Source: Burkholderiales bacterium | Lineage (GTDB): Bacteria; Pseudomonadota; Gammaproteobacteria; Burkholderiales; JACQAP01 | DNA length: 64,000 nt | NCBI GenBank assembly: GCA_035549715.1 | Contig: DASZQJ010000092.1 | Span: 2,735 to 66,734, forward strand | Direction: 5' to 3' | Part shown: piece by piece, positions 46,586 through 56,527 of the stretch | Layout: each line of letters begins with the position of its first letter | How positions within the stretch are numbered: the stretch's first letter is position 1 | Made by a program: the position numbers and the translations under genes | Notes under the pieces: model-generated | The model's database searches: none | Told to the model about the DNA's origin: nothing | What the model saw: only the letters and a program-made list of their open reading frames with translations

Positions 46586-47458
46586 ATGGATGTGGCCAAA
46601 CGTTACAAATATTTGCTGGCGATGGACGGCTCGGTGCATGCGCACCGTGCGGCGCAGTTCCTGGCGCGCCGCGCCGCCGCATTGCGGCCGGCGGAGGCAA
46701 TCATCGTGAACGCGCTGCACGGCGCGCCGGCCCCGGACAAGGGGCCGTTCGAAGCCGATGCGGCCGCCGCCCAGGCGGCGCGGATGCTGGAAGCCGCGGG
46801 CGTGCCCGCGACGGTGCTGACCCCCCTCGGCGATCCGGCCCGGATGATCGTCGAAGCGTCGCAGACGAACGGCTGTGACGAGATCGTGCTGGGCAGCCGG
46901 GGCGCGGGCGCGATGGAGAATTTCGCCATCGGCTCGGTGGCCTACAAGGTGGCGCACCTGGCGCCGGTGCCCGTCACCATCGTCCCGAATCCGTTCGGCA
47001 GCGCCGAGCTGGAACTGGAGGATTCGGGGGGGACGCACCGGATCCTGCTGGCCGCGGACGGCTCGGCCTACGCCACGCGGGCGGCCGACTATGTCTGCCG
47101 GCTGAAGGGCGCGCGCGTGCCCCTGGCCGTCTGCCTGCTCAACGTGCAGTTGCCGATCGTCTCGCGCCAGGTGGGCCGCTATGTATCCAAGGCCACGATG
47201 GACGCCTTCCTCGAGGAGGAGGGCAAGGAGGCGCTGGCTGGCGCGGCCGCGGTGCTGGCCGCCGCAGGCCTGCAGGCCGAAACCCGGGTGCGCATCGGCC
47301 AGGTGGCGCGCACCATCGTCCACGAGGCGGGCCTGATCGGCGCCACCCGCATCGTCCTCGGCAGCCGGGGCCTGGGGGCGCTGGCGGGCATGATGCTTGG
47401 CTCCACCGCCCTGCAGGTCATGCACCTGGCCGAACTGCCCGTGACCCTGGTGAAGTGA
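46586..47458 (+). CDS. Tandem-domain universal stress protein (UspA family, 290 aa)
   Basis: RBS GGAGGA precedes ATG 46586. There are two USP domains, each with G-2x-G-9x-G(S/T) (GSRGAGAMENFAIGSVAYKV and GSRGLGALAGMMLGSTALQV). Confidence 0.85.
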   Translation: MDVAKRYKYLLAMDGSVHAHRAAQFLARRAAALRPAEAIIVNALHGAPAPDKGPFEADAAAAQAARMLEAAGVPATVLTPLGDPARMIVEASQTNGCDEIVLGSRGAGAMENFAIGSVAYKVAHLAPVPVTIVPNPFGSAELELEDSGGTHRILLAADGSAYATRAADYVCRLKGARVPLAVCLLNVQLPIVSRQVGRYVSKATMDAFLEEEGKEALAGAAAVLAAAGLQAETRVRIGQVARTIVHEAGLIGATRIVLGSRGLGALAGMMLGSTALQVMHLAELPVTLVK

Positions 47459-47492
47459 GGCGGGCGCGCGGCAGGCGCGCCGGGCCCGCCGG

Positions 47493-50051
47493 ATGAATCC
47501 GATCGGCACGCCACAGGTCGACCGGACGGGCCTCGACGAAGCCGAGGCCGCGCGGCGGCTGCGGCGCGACGGCCCCAACGAGCTGCCGGCGGCCGCGAGC
47601 CGCGGGCTGGGTGCGATCGTGCTCGGCGTCCTGCGCGAGCCCATGTTCCTGCTCCTGGCGGCGGGCTGCGCCATTTACCTCGCGCTCGGCGACCGCACCG
47701 AGGCCCTGGTGCTGCTGGGCTCCCTGCTGGTCGTCGTCGGCATCACTGCCTACCAGGAACGCAAGACGGAGCGGGCGCTCGAGGCGCTGCGCGACCTGTC
47801 GAGCCCGCGCGCGCTCGTGATCCGGTCCGGCCGGCGCCGCCGCATCCCCGGCCGGGAGGTCGTGGCCGGGGACCTGGTGCTGCTGGGCGAAGGCGATCGC
47901 GTGCCGGCCGATGGCAGCGTGATCGACTGCGAGGCCCTCGCGGCGGACGAATCGCTGCTCACGGGCGAATCGCTGGCGGTGGCCAAGCGCGCCGTGCAAG
48001 GGCAGGCGGTTGCGATGCCCATGCCGATGCCGGGCGGCACCGATACGCCGTTCGTGTATTCCGGGACCCTGGTGGTCTCGGGACACGCCACCGTCCGGGT
48101 GCAGGCGATCGGGCGCGACTCCCACATCGGCCGCATCGGCGTCGCGCTGCAGTCCATCGCCCCGGAACAGACGCCGCTGCAGGCGCAGACGGCGCGCGCG
48201 GTGCGCGTGTTCGCGGCCATCGGCCTTTCGGCGTGCGCGCTCGCGGTCGCCTTGCACGTCCATGCGGGCAGCGGCTGGCTGCAGGCGCTGCTCGCGGGCA
48301 TCACGCTCGCCATGGCCGCGCTTCCGGAGGAATTCCCGGTCGTGCTCACCGTGTTCCTCGCCCTGGGCGCCTGGCGCATCTCCCGGCACAAGGTGCTGAC
48401 GCGGCGCATGCCGGCGATCGAGACCCTGGGGTCGGCGACGGTGCTGTGCGTGGACAAGACCGGCACCCTGACCCAGAACCGCATGGCCGTGGCCGAACTG
48501 GCCGCGGGCGACCGGCGCCATGACGCGGGCGGCGGGCCGCCGCCCGCCGCGTTCGGGCCGCTGCTGCAGGCCGCCGCGCTCGCGTGCGAGCGCGATCCCT
48601 ACGACCCCATGGAACAGGCCATCGTGGGGTACGCGCAGGCGCACGACGCGGACATCGCCGCGGCGAGGAGCGGTGCGCTGGTCCGTGACTACGAGCTGAC
48701 GCGGGACTTGCTCGCGGTGACGCACTGCTGGCAGCTGCCTGGCGAAACGGCCCTGCGCGTCGCGGTCAAGGGCGCGCCCGAGCACGTGGCCGACCTGTGC
48801 CGGGCCGATGCCGCGCTGCGCGCCTGGATCCTGGCGCAGACCGGGCACATGGCGAGCCGCGGCTGCCGCGTGCTCGGGGTGGCCACCGGCGCCTGGACGG
48901 GGGACGGATTCCCCGACAGCCCGCGCGGCTTCGAACTGGAATTCCTGGGCCTGCTGGGCCTCGCCGACCCGGTGCGGCCGGGCGTGGCGCAGGCGCTGCG
49001 TGAATGCGATGAGGCCGGCATCCGCGTGGTGATGATCACGGGCGATTACCCGGGCACCGCCCTGGCCATCGCCGATGCGATCGGACTGCGTTCCCCGGGG
49101 GGCGTCCTGACGGGGGCGGAGCTCGGCGCGCTCGACGCGGGCGCGCTGCGCGCCAGGGCGGCGCGGGTCAATGTCTTCGCCCGCGTGCTTCCCGAGCAGA
49201 AGCTGGCGTTGGTCGAGGCGCTCAAGGCCGACGGCCAGATCGTGGCCATGACCGGCGACGGGGTCAACGACGCGCCCGCGCTGAAGGCGGCCCACATCGG
49301 CGTGGCGATGGGGGGGAGGGGAACCGACGTCGCGCGGGAGGCGGCTTCGCTGGTGCTGCTCGAGGACGACTTCGGTTCGATCGTGCAGGCGGTGCGGCTG
49401 GGGCGGCGCATCTACGACAACATCCGGCATGCGATGAGCTACCTGATCGCCGTGCACGTGCCCATCGCCGGGATGGCGCTGCTGCCGCTTGTCTTCGGCT
49501 GGCCGCCGCTGCTCGCCCCGGTGCACATCGTCTTCCTCGAGTTCGTCATCGACCCGGCCTGCGCGGTGGCGTTCGAGGCCGAGCCCGAGCATCCCGACAC
49601 CATGCGGCGCCCGCCGCGCGATCCCGGCCAGCCCCTGTTCGGACCGCGGCTGCTGGCGCAGGCCCTGCTGCAGGGCCTGCTGGTGCTCGCGGTCGTGGCG
49701 GTGCTCTACCACGTCGCGATCGCGTCGGGTTACGAGGCGGAACGCGCCCGGGCCGTGGCTTTCGCCGCCCTGGTGCTGGCCAACGCCGCGCTGATCCTGG
49801 CCAACCGCTCGCGCAGCCGCGATCCCCTGCAGACGCTGCGCATGCCCAACGCCGCGCTTTGGTGGGTGATCGCCGGCGCCCTGGCCGGCCTGGCAGCCGC
49901 CCTCGGCCTGGCTCCGCTGCGGGCGGTGTTCGGATTCGCAGCCCCGGGCATCGCGGACCTCGCGCTGGCCGCGCTGCCCGCCCTGGCCGTCCTGGCCTGG
50001 GCCACCGCCAGCCGCCGCCTCAGGACCGCCATCGCCCGCTCCCGGGTTTGA
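47493..50051 (+). CDS. Cation-transporting P-type ATPase (P2-like, Ca2+/unknown cation)
   Basis: N-terminal [52 protein letters not shown] and a 10-TM-type C-terminus. Confidence 0.85.
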   Translation: MNPIGTPQVDRTGLDEAEAARRLRRDGPNELPAAASRGLGAIVLGVLREPMFLLLAAGCAIYLALGDRTEALVLLGSLLVVVGITAYQERKTERALEALRDLSSPRALVIRSGRRRRIPGREVVAGDLVLLGEGDRVPADGSVIDCEALAADESLLTGESLAVAKRAVQGQAVAMPMPMPGGTDTPFVYSGTLVVSGHATVRVQAIGRDSHIGRIGVALQSIAPEQTPLQAQTARAVRVFAAIGLSACALAVALHVHAGSGWLQALLAGITLAMAALPEEFPVVLTVFLALGAWRISRHKVLTRRMPAIETLGSATVLCVDKTGTLTQNRMAVAELAAGDRRHDAGGGPPPAAFGPLLQAAALACERDPYDPMEQAIVGYAQAHDADIAAARSGALVRDYELTRDLLAVTHCWQLPGETALRVAVKGAPEHVADLCRADAALRAWILAQTGHMASRGCRVLGVATGAWTGDGFPDSPRGFELEFLGLLGLADPVRPGVAQALRECDEAGIRVVMITGDYPGTALAIADAIGLRSPGGVLTGAELGALDAGALRARAARVNVFARVLPEQKLALVEALKADGQIVAMTGDGVNDAPALKAAHIGVAMGGRGTDVAREAASLVLLEDDFGSIVQAVRLGRRIYDNIRHAMSYLIAVHVPIAGMALLPLVFGWPPLLAPVHIVFLEFVIDPACAVAFEAEPEHPDTMRRPPRDPGQPLFGPRLLAQALLQGLLVLAVVAVLYHVAIASGYEAERARAVAFAALVLANAALILANRSRSRDPLQTLRMPNAALWWVIAGALAGLAAALGLAPLRAVFGFAAPGIADLALAALPALAVLAWATASRRLRTAIARSRV

Positions 50052-50061
50052 TCCACGTCAA
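50048..50061 (+). promoter_or_regulatory. FNR/Anr-type box TTGAT-CCAC-GTCAA upstream of ccoN
   Basis: The left half-site contains the ATPase stop codon (50049-51). The site is centred about 97 nt upstream of the ccoN ATG. Confidence 0.7.
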
Positions 50062-50151
50062 CGGGCGGCGCATCCCCCCCCGATAGCATGCGATGGCTGG
50101 CCGGACCCGCCACCCGCGGTCCGGGACGGCAACTTCCTCGAAGGGGCGGGC

Positions 50152-51579
50152 ATGAAAGAAGAAACGACCTACAACTACACCGTGGTGCGCCAGTTCGCGC
50201 TGATGACCGTGGCCTGGGGCATCGTCGGCATGGCGGTGGGCGTGCTGATTGCCGCCCAGCTCATGTTCCCCGACCTGACGCAGGGGATATCCTGGCTTTC
50301 CTACGGCCGCTTGCGGCCGCTGCACACCAATGCCGTCATCTTCGCCTTCGGCGGGTCGGCGCTGTTCGCCACCTCCTACTTCGTGGTCCAGCGCACCTGC
50401 CACGTGCGCCTGTTCTGCGGACGCCTGGCGGCCTTCACCTTCTGGGGCTGGCAGGCGGTCATCGTGCTGGCCGCCGTCACGCTGCCGCTCGGGATCACGA
50501 CCAGCAAGGAGTACGCCGAGCTCGAGTGGCCCATCGACATCCTGATCACCCTGGTCTGGGTCGCCTACGCGGTGGTGTTCTTCGGCACCCTGGCCCGGCG
50601 CCGGGTGCGGCACATCTACGTCGCCAACTGGTTCTTCGGCGCCTACATCCTGACCGTGGCCCTGCTGCACGTGGTCAACAGCGCCGAGATGCCCGTCACG
50701 TTGTGGAAGTCCTACTCGGCCTATGCCGGGGTGCAGGATGCCATGGTGCAATGGTGGTACGGCCACAACGCGGTGGGCTTTTTCCTCACCGCCGGCTTCC
50801 TGGGGATGATGTACTACTTCGTGCCCAAGCAGGCCAACCGGCCGGTCTACAGCTACCGCCTGTCGGTGGTGCACTTCTGGGCCCTCATCTTCACCTACAT
50901 GTGGGCGGGGCCGCACCACCTGCACTACACGGCACTGCCCGACTGGACGCAATCGCTGGGCATGGTGTTCTCGCTCATCCTGCTGGCGCCGTCCTGGGGC
51001 GGCATGATCAACGGGATCATGACCCTGTCGGGGGCCTGGCACAAGCTGCGCACCGACCCGATCCTGAAGTTCCTGATCGTCTCGCTGTCCTTCTACGGCA
51101 TGTCGACCTTCGAGGGGCCGATGATGTCGATCAAGACGGTCAACTCGCTTTCGCACTACACGGACTGGACCATCGGCCACGTGCATTCCGGCGCGCTGGG
51201 CTGGGTGGCATTCATCACGATCGGCAGCCTCTATTACCTGATCCCGCGCCTGTTCGGCCGCACCCAGATGCACAGCGTGCGCATGATCACGGCGCATTTC
51301 TGGATCGCCACCATCGGCGTGGTGCTGTACATCGCCGCCATGTGGATCGCCGGCGTGATGCAGGGCCTGATGTGGCGCGCGGTCAACGCCGACGGCACGC
51401 TCACCTACACCTTCGTCGAGAGCGTCAAGGCGACCTATCCGTTCTACGCCATCCGCCTGCTCGGCGGCATCCTGTTCCTGGCCGGCATGCTGCTGATGGC
51501 CTGGAACACCTGGAAGACCGTCGCGGCCGGCAGGGCGGTCGAGGCCGTGATCCCGATGCCCGCCGCGGCCCACGCCTGA
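50152..51579 (+). CDS. ccoN: cbb3-type cytochrome c oxidase subunit I
   Basis: 475 aa, polytopic, with the conserved His ligands (HTNAVIF..., [20 protein letters not shown]) and the expected gene order ccoNOQP. Confidence 0.95.
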   Translation: MKEETTYNYTVVRQFALMTVAWGIVGMAVGVLIAAQLMFPDLTQGISWLSYGRLRPLHTNAVIFAFGGSALFATSYFVVQRTCHVRLFCGRLAAFTFWGWQAVIVLAAVTLPLGITTSKEYAELEWPIDILITLVWVAYAVVFFGTLARRRVRHIYVANWFFGAYILTVALLHVVNSAEMPVTLWKSYSAYAGVQDAMVQWWYGHNAVGFFLTAGFLGMMYYFVPKQANRPVYSYRLSVVHFWALIFTYMWAGPHHLHYTALPDWTQSLGMVFSLILLAPSWGGMINGIMTLSGAWHKLRTDPILKFLIVSLSFYGMSTFEGPMMSIKTVNSLSHYTDWTIGHVHSGALGWVAFITIGSLYYLIPRLFGRTQMHSVRMITAHFWIATIGVVLYIAAMWIAGVMQGLMWRAVNADGTLTYTFVESVKATYPFYAIRLLGGILFLAGMLLMAWNTWKTVAAGRAVEAVIPMPAAAHA

Positions 51580-51588
51580 GGACAGACC

Positions 51589-52209
51589 ATGAGCCAAGCC
51601 AGCCTGCAAGAGAAAATCGAGAACAACGTCACGCTGCTCATCGTGCTGAGCCTGCTGGTGGTCGCCGTCGGCGGCCTGGTGGAGATCGTGCCGCTGTTCT
51701 TCCAGCGCTCGACCACCGAGCCGGTCGCGGGCCTCAAACCCTATCCGGCGCTCGCGCTCGAGGGCCGTGACGTCTACATCCGCGAGGGCTGCTACAACTG
51801 CCACTCGCAGATGATCCGGCCGCTGCGCGCCGAGACCGAGCGCTACGGCCACTATTCGGTCGCGGGCGAATACGTCTACGACCACCCGTTCCAGTGGGGC
51901 AGCAAGCGCACCGGCCCGGACCTGGCGCGGGTGGGCGGGCGCTACAGTGACGAATGGCACCGCCTGCACCTGATGCAGCCGCGCGACGTGGTGCCCGAGT
52001 CGAACATGCCGTCCTACGCCTGGCTCGCCGGCGCCCGGGTGGACGCCGCCGTCACCCCGGCCAAGATGCGCGCGCTGCGGCGCATCGGCGTGCCCTACAC
52101 CGACGAGGACATCGCCGGGGCCGCCGAAACGGTGAAGGACAAGACCGAGATGGAGGCGCTGATCGCCTACCTGCAGGGCCTGGGCACGGCCATCAAGACG
52201 GTGAGGTGA
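51589..52209 (+). CDS. ccoO: cbb3-type cytochrome c oxidase subunit II (monohaem)
   Basis: N-terminal TM segment, haem motif CYNCH, and conserved [16 protein letters not shown]. Confidence 0.95.
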   Translation: MSQASLQEKIENNVTLLIVLSLLVVAVGGLVEIVPLFFQRSTTEPVAGLKPYPALALEGRDVYIREGCYNCHSQMIRPLRAETERYGHYSVAGEYVYDHPFQWGSKRTGPDLARVGGRYSDEWHRLHLMQPRDVVPESNMPSYAWLAGARVDAAVTPAKMRALRRIGVPYTDEDIAGAAETVKDKTEMEALIAYLQGLGTAIKTVR

Positions 52210-52213
52210 GGAC

Positions 52214-52387
52214 ATGGACATCGGACTGAACGAGTTGCGCACCGCGGTCACCGTGGCCGCCTTCCTGACGTTCCTGGGCATCATCGCCTGGGCCTACAGC
52301 GGGCGGCGCAGGAACCACTACGAACAGGCGGCGCGCATGGCGCTCGAGGACGATCCCGCGGAAACGGCAAAGGAGCAGGCAAAGTGA
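52214..52387 (+). CDS. ccoQ: cbb3 oxidase small subunit CcoQ (57 aa)
   Basis: Not in the ORF track because it is shorter than 60 aa. ATG 52214 gives MDIGLNELRTAVTVAAFLTFLGIIAWAYSGRRRNHYEQAARMALEDD.... The stop TGA 52385-87 overlaps the ccoP GTG (GTGA). The position between ccoO and ccoP is canonical. Confidence 0.8.
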   Translation: MDIGLNELRTAVTVAAFLTFLGIIAWAYSGRRRNHYEQAARMALEDDPAETAKEQAK

Positions 52388-53286
52388 GCGATTTCACGCA
52401 CGACCTGTGGAGCTGGTACGTCGGCATCGTCACGGTGGTCAGCATCGCCGCCTGCGGGCTGTTGCTGTGGTCGATGAGCACCCGGCGCGTCCCGGGGCAG
52501 AAGGTCGAGACCATGGGCCACGTCTGGGACGAGGACCTCGCCGAGTACAACAACCCGCTGCCCAACTGGTGGCGCTGGATGTTCTACCTCACCATCGTGT
52601 TCGGCATTGCCTACCTGGCGCTGTATCCCGGCCTGGGCCGCTTCGCCGGCGCCTTCGGCTGGACCTCGCTGGGGCAGTACGACGGCGAGCAGCAGAAGGC
52701 CGCCCAGGATTACGGCCCGTTGTTCGCGAAATACGCCGCCATGGAGGTGCCGGCGGTGGCCGCCGATCCCCAGGCCCGCGAGATCGGGCAGCGGTTGTTC
52801 CTGAACTACTGCTCCCAGTGCCACGCGTCGGATGCGCGCGGCGGCAGGGGCTTTCCCAACCTCGCCGACGGCGACTGGCTCTACGGTGGCGACCCCGCCA
52901 CCATCGAGGCCACCATCACCGCGGGACGCAACGGGATCATGCCGCCGTTCGGACCGGTGCTGGGCGAGGAGGGCGTCAAGGACGCCGCGAACTACGTTCG
53001 CTCGCTCTCCGGCGAGGCGCACGATGCGGCCGCGGCCGCGAAGGGCAAGGCCGTGTTCGCCGCCAGTTGCGCCGTCTGCCACGGCGCGGACGGCAGGGGC
53101 AATCCCATGCTGGGCGCCCCGAACCTCACCGACAAGACCTGGCTCTACGGGGGCAGCGAAGCCACCATCGCCGAGACCATCCGCGGCGGGCGCAACAACC
53201 AGATGCCTGCGTGGGGCGAGTTCCTCGGCAAGGAGAAGACCCGCGTGGTCGCCGCCTACGTCTGGGGGCTGTCGAATGGCAAATAA
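52384..53286 (+). CDS. ccoP: cbb3-type cytochrome c oxidase subunit III (dihaem)
   Basis: N-terminal TM segment and two haem c motifs, CSQCH and CAVCH. Confidence 0.95.
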   Translation: MSDFTHDLWSWYVGIVTVVSIAACGLLLWSMSTRRVPGQKVETMGHVWDEDLAEYNNPLPNWWRWMFYLTIVFGIAYLALYPGLGRFAGAFGWTSLGQYDGEQQKAAQDYGPLFAKYAAMEVPAVAADPQAREIGQRLFLNYCSQCHASDARGGRGFPNLADGDWLYGGDPATIEATITAGRNGIMPPFGPVLGEEGVKDAANYVRSLSGEAHDAAAAAKGKAVFAASCAVCHGADGRGNPMLGAPNLTDKTWLYGGSEATIAETIRGGRNNQMPAWGEFLGKEKTRVVAAYVWGLSNGK

Positions 53287-53863
53287 TGAGGCCGGATCCG
53301 GGGCGGGCGCCGCAAGCGCATGGCGCCATGGCGGCCACCGCTACTCGGGCTGGACGATCGCCCTGCATTGGGTGACCCTGCTGCTGCTCGCGGCCGTCTA
53401 TGCCTGCATCGAACTGCGTGAGCTGTTTCCCCGCGGCAGCGATCCGCGGGAACTGCTCAAGGCCTTGCACTATTCGCTCGGCCTGGCCGTCCTCGCCTTC
53501 CTGTGCCTGCGCTTCGCGGCGCTCGCCGCGGGCGGGGCGCAACCCCCCGTGCGGCCGGCCCTGCCGGGCTGGCAGCGGATGGCGTCGCGGCTGGTACACC
53601 TGATGCTGTACGTCTTCCTGGCGGCGATGCCGGTCCTGGGCTGGCTGATGCTGGGGCTGGAGGGCAAGCCGGTGCTCTTCTTCGGCCTCGAGCTGCCGCC
53701 GCTGGCATCGCCGCATCCCGATCTGGGCAAGGCGGTCGAAGAGATCCATGAAACCCTCGGTGTGGCCGGTTACTGGCTGATCGGCCTGCATGCCGGCGCG
53801 GCGCTGTTCCACCACTACGGGCGGCGCGACGACACGCTGCGCCGCATGCTCCCCTTGCGCTGA
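53276..53863 (+). CDS. Cytochrome b561 family protein (CybB-like, 195 aa)
   Basis: ATG 53276 overlaps the end of ccoP by 11 nt. Four TM helices carry the conserved His residues (ALHWV, ALHYSLG, RLVHLMLY, GLHAGAALFHH). Confidence 0.8.
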   Translation: MANNEAGSGAGAASAWRHGGHRYSGWTIALHWVTLLLLAAVYACIELRELFPRGSDPRELLKALHYSLGLAVLAFLCLRFAALAAGGAQPPVRPALPGWQRMASRLVHLMLYVFLAAMPVLGWLMLGLEGKPVLFFGLELPPLASPHPDLGKAVEEIHETLGVAGYWLIGLHAGAALFHHYGRRDDTLRRMLPLR

Positions 53864-53865
53864 CG

Positions 53866-55293
53866 ATGGCGGCGGACGCAAAAGGGGCGGCCGCGGCGGG
53901 TGCCGCCGACGGCGCCGACGTCGAGCAGGCCCTCTACGAGGTCCGCCGCAAGATCTATCCGCGTGCGGTGACCGGCAGGTTCGCCCTGTGGCGCTGGTTC
54001 TTCGTCTGGGCCACCCAGCTCGTCTTCTACGGACTGCCGTGGCTTTCCTGGAACGACCGCCAGGCGGTGCTGTTCGACCTGGTGCACCGCAAGTTCTACA
54101 TCTTCGGCCTGGTGTTCTGGCCGCAGGACATCGTCTACCTCGCGGTGCTGCTCATCATCAGCGCCTACTCGCTGTTCCTGTTCACGGCGGTCGCGGGGCG
54201 GCTGTGGTGCGGCTTCGCCTGCCCGCAGACGGTCTACACGGAGATCTTCCTGTGGATCGAGAAGGTGATCGAGGGGGATCGCCTGCGGCGCATGAAGCTC
54301 GACCAGTCGCCGCTGTCGGCGCGCAAGGTTGGCCTCAAGGCCGCCAAGCACGGGGTCTGGATCGCCGTGGCGCTGTGGACGGGGTTCACCTTCGTCGGCT
54401 ACTTCACCCCCATCCATACCCTGGGCGCCGGGGTGCTCGGCGCCGGCCTCGGCCCCTGGGAAACCTTCTGGATCCTGTTCTACGGCTTCGCGACCTACGG
54501 CAACGCCGGCTGGATGCGCGAGCAGGTGTGCAAGTACATGTGTCCGTACGCGCGCTTCCAGAGCGTGATGTTCGACCGCGACACCCTGATCATCACCTAC
54601 GACCGCGAGCGCGGCGAGCCGCGGGGCGCGCGCGGCCGCAAGGTGGACGCGAAGGCCCGCGGGCTGGGCGATTGCGTGGACTGCGGGATCTGCGTGCAGG
54701 TTTGTCCCACGGGCATCGACATCCGCGACGGCCTGCAGTACGAGTGCATCGGCTGCGCCGCCTGCATCGACGGCTGCAACCAGGTGATGGACAAGATGAG
54801 CTACCCGCGCGGCCTGATCCGCTACTCGAGCGAGAACGCCCTGCACGAGCACCTGGGCTTCGGACGCATGCTGCGGCGCGTGCTGCGGCCGCGGGTGCTG
54901 CTCTACACGGCCATCCTCTGGGCGATCATCCTCGCTGCGGGCGTGGCGCTGTACGAGCGCGTCCCCGTCAAGGTCGACGTGATCCGCGACCGCGTGGCGA
55001 GCCGCCAGGATTCGGACGAGGCCGAGAACGTCTACCGCCTGCAGGTCATGAACACCACCGAGGCGCCGCGGCGTTTCGTGATCTCGGTGGCCGGGCTCGA
55101 GGACATCGAGATCGAGGATGGCGACCCGCAGGTGGACATCGGCCCCGCGAGCTCGCGCATGATCCCGGTCCGCGTCGAGGTGGATCGCGAGCACGCCCGC
55201 AAGGGCGCCAACCCGATCGTGTTCACCGTGCGCACCGTGGACGACGGCCCGCCCGTCGTCATCACGGAAAAGGCAAGCTTCGTGGTCCAGTGA
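53866..55293 (+). CDS. ccoG: cbb3 oxidase accessory protein CcoG/FixG (polyferredoxin-like)
   Basis: CGFACPQT, CKYMCPYARFQ, CVDCGICVQVCPTGIDIR and CIGCAACIDGCN. Confidence 0.9.
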   Translation: MAADAKGAAAAGAADGADVEQALYEVRRKIYPRAVTGRFALWRWFFVWATQLVFYGLPWLSWNDRQAVLFDLVHRKFYIFGLVFWPQDIVYLAVLLIISAYSLFLFTAVAGRLWCGFACPQTVYTEIFLWIEKVIEGDRLRRMKLDQSPLSARKVGLKAAKHGVWIAVALWTGFTFVGYFTPIHTLGAGVLGAGLGPWETFWILFYGFATYGNAGWMREQVCKYMCPYARFQSVMFDRDTLIITYDRERGEPRGARGRKVDAKARGLGDCVDCGICVQVCPTGIDIRDGLQYECIGCAACIDGCNQVMDKMSYPRGLIRYSSENALHEHLGFGRMLRRVLRPRVLLYTAILWAIILAAGVALYERVPVKVDVIRDRVASRQDSDEAENVYRLQVMNTTEAPRRFVISVAGLEDIEIEDGDPQVDIGPASSRMIPVRVEVDREHARKGANPIVFTVRTVDDGPPVVITEKASFVVQ

Positions 55294-55316
55294 AATTCAT
55301 GCCGGCCCTCGCCCCA

Positions 55317-55454
55317 GGGGACACGGAGGACGCAGAGGAGGAATGGAGAACATGAAATGAGAGATCGGGAACCGTCACCGGATTCCGGGCATTCGATTGC
55401 ACCCGCCATCGGGTCGGGCTTTCTTCGCCTTCCCCCTGCGTCCTCCGCGTCCCC
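55317..55454. repeat. Long-range inverted repeat in the ccoG-ccoH spacer (19-bp arms, one mismatch, ~100-nt lower-GC interior)
   Basis: GGGGACACGGAGGACGCAG (55317-55335) versus CTGCGTCCTCCGCGTCCCC (55436-55454). Confidence 0.7.
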
Positions 55455-55507
55455 TGCGGCTGGCGCCGGGTCCGGCAACCGTGGCGCAGGGAAATAAGGA
55501 GGTGAGC

Positions 55508-56008
55508 ATGCATACGACGTCGCCGATTCGCTGGTACCGGGAACCCTGGCCCTGGCTGCTCATGGCGGGCCCGGTGGGGGTGGTCGCCGCCGGGGTCTTC
55601 ACGACGTGGATCGCCTTCACGCACGAGGACGGGCTGGTGGCCGACGATTACTACAAGCAGGGGCTGGCGATCAACCGGGTGATCGCCCGTGACGCGGCCG
55701 CCGCCGCGGGCAAGGTCGCGGCGCAGGTGCGCTTCAGCGCCGGCACCGTGCACGTGCGCCTCTCGGGCGACAGCCCGCGCGCCCTGGTGGTGTCGCTGGT
55801 GCACCCGACGCGCTCCGGCCTGGACCGCGTGGCGCGCCTGGAGGCCGCGGGAGGGGGCGCCTACGAAGGCGTGCTCGAGATCCCGGTGGGCGGGCGCTGG
55901 CACGTGATGCTGGGCGACGCCGACGGGCGCTGGCGGCTCACGGGCGAGTGGTCTCCCGCCCAGGGACCGTCATTGCCCCTCACGCCCGCGTTGTCCGCCC
56001 GGCCATGA
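55508..56008 (+). CDS. ccoH: FixH/CcoH family cbb3 assembly protein
   Basis: RBS AAGGAGG precedes ATG 55508. IRWYREPWPWLLMAGPVGVVAAGVFTTWIAF...DDYYKQGLAINR is a typical FixH N-terminus. Confidence 0.8.
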   Translation: MHTTSPIRWYREPWPWLLMAGPVGVVAAGVFTTWIAFTHEDGLVADDYYKQGLAINRVIARDAAAAAGKVAAQVRFSAGTVHVRLSGDSPRALVVSLVHPTRSGLDRVARLEAAGGGAYEGVLEIPVGGRWHVMLGDADGRWRLTGEWSPAQGPSLPLTPALSARP

Positions 56009-56304
56009 CGTTCAAGCCGATCTGGATCCTGTGGCCGTCCTTCCTCACGGCGGCGGCCGCCACCGGCGTGTTCTTCACCCTGGTCGATCCCGTCGAACTG
56101 GTGGTCTTCGGCCATCCGGTCGAGCTCGGCCGCATGGCGGCCTATACCGTGGGATTCTTCGGCTTCTGGCTGCTGGGCGCCGCGAGCAGCCTGATGACCT
56201 GTTTCCTGCAGCGCACCGCCGCGCAGATCAATCGCTGCCCGCTGCCGCCCCGCGAGCGTCCGCCGGGCTGTCCGAAGCGGGAGGAGGAGGGCGGTTGTTG
56301 CTGA
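56005..56304 (+). CDS. Small membrane protein (99 aa) with a Cys-rich C-terminal tail, function unknown
   Basis: It has an ATGA overlap with the ccoH stop, 2-3 predicted TM helices (IWILWPSFLTAAAATGVFFTL, AAYTVGFFGFWLLGAASSLM) and the tail RCPLPPRERPPGCPKREEEGGCC. Confidence 0.6.
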   Translation: MTFKPIWILWPSFLTAAAATGVFFTLVDPVELVVFGHPVELGRMAAYTVGFFGFWLLGAASSLMTCFLQRTAAQINRCPLPPRERPPGCPKREEEGGCC

Positions 56305-56507
56305 AGGACGCGCCGGCAGCGCAGCGGCGTCCCCGCAACGTCGATGCCGCGGATCGTGCGGCGAGGATCATCGTCGGCCTGGCGCTGCTCGCCGCGATGC
56401 TGCTGGTTCCGTCTGCCTGGCGCTGGTTCGGACTGCTGGGCCTGGTGCCGCTCGCCACCGGCATCGCCGGATGGTGTCCGCTCTATGCCTGGTTCGCGCG
56501 CGATTGA
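56295..56507 (+). CDS. Second DUF2892 small membrane protein
   Basis: There is no ATG. TTG 56295/56298 follows GAGGAGGAGG (56281-90). RNVDAADRAARIIVGLALLAA...GLVPLATGIAGWCPLYAWF parallels the 43664 copy. It overlaps the preceding gene by 10 nt. Confidence 0.65.
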   Translation: MLLKDAPAAQRRPRNVDAADRAARIIVGLALLAAMLLVPSAWRWFGLLGLVPLATGIAGWCPLYAWFARD

Positions 56508-56527
56508 GCGCAGGGGCTGAGCAGGCG

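Noticed and set aside
45048-47458. Track ORFs 45048-46520 (490 aa) and 45554-47458 (634 aa), which appear as large proteins
   Set aside because: Most of each is an out-of-frame read-through of ccoI. Only the tails are real genes: ccoS from ATG 46356 and the tandem USP from ATG 46586, the latter with its own RBS.
47459-47492. GC-rich quasi-palindrome (GGCGGGCGCGCGGCAGGCGCGCCGGGCCCGCC) between the tandem USP and the P2-ATPase, as a possible terminator
   Set aside because: The pairing is imperfect, there is no U-tract, and it ends at the ATPase start codon. The genes are more likely co-transcribed, and I could not support a call.
55298-55360. Mini-ORFs in the ccoG-ccoH spacer: MPALAPGDTEDAEEEWRT (55298-55355) and MENMK (55343-55360)
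   Set aside because: They are very short. The apparent Shine-Dalgarno sequence for MENMK is only 1 nt from the ATG, and the first mini-ORF has no RBS. Nothing distinguishes them from chance ORFs.
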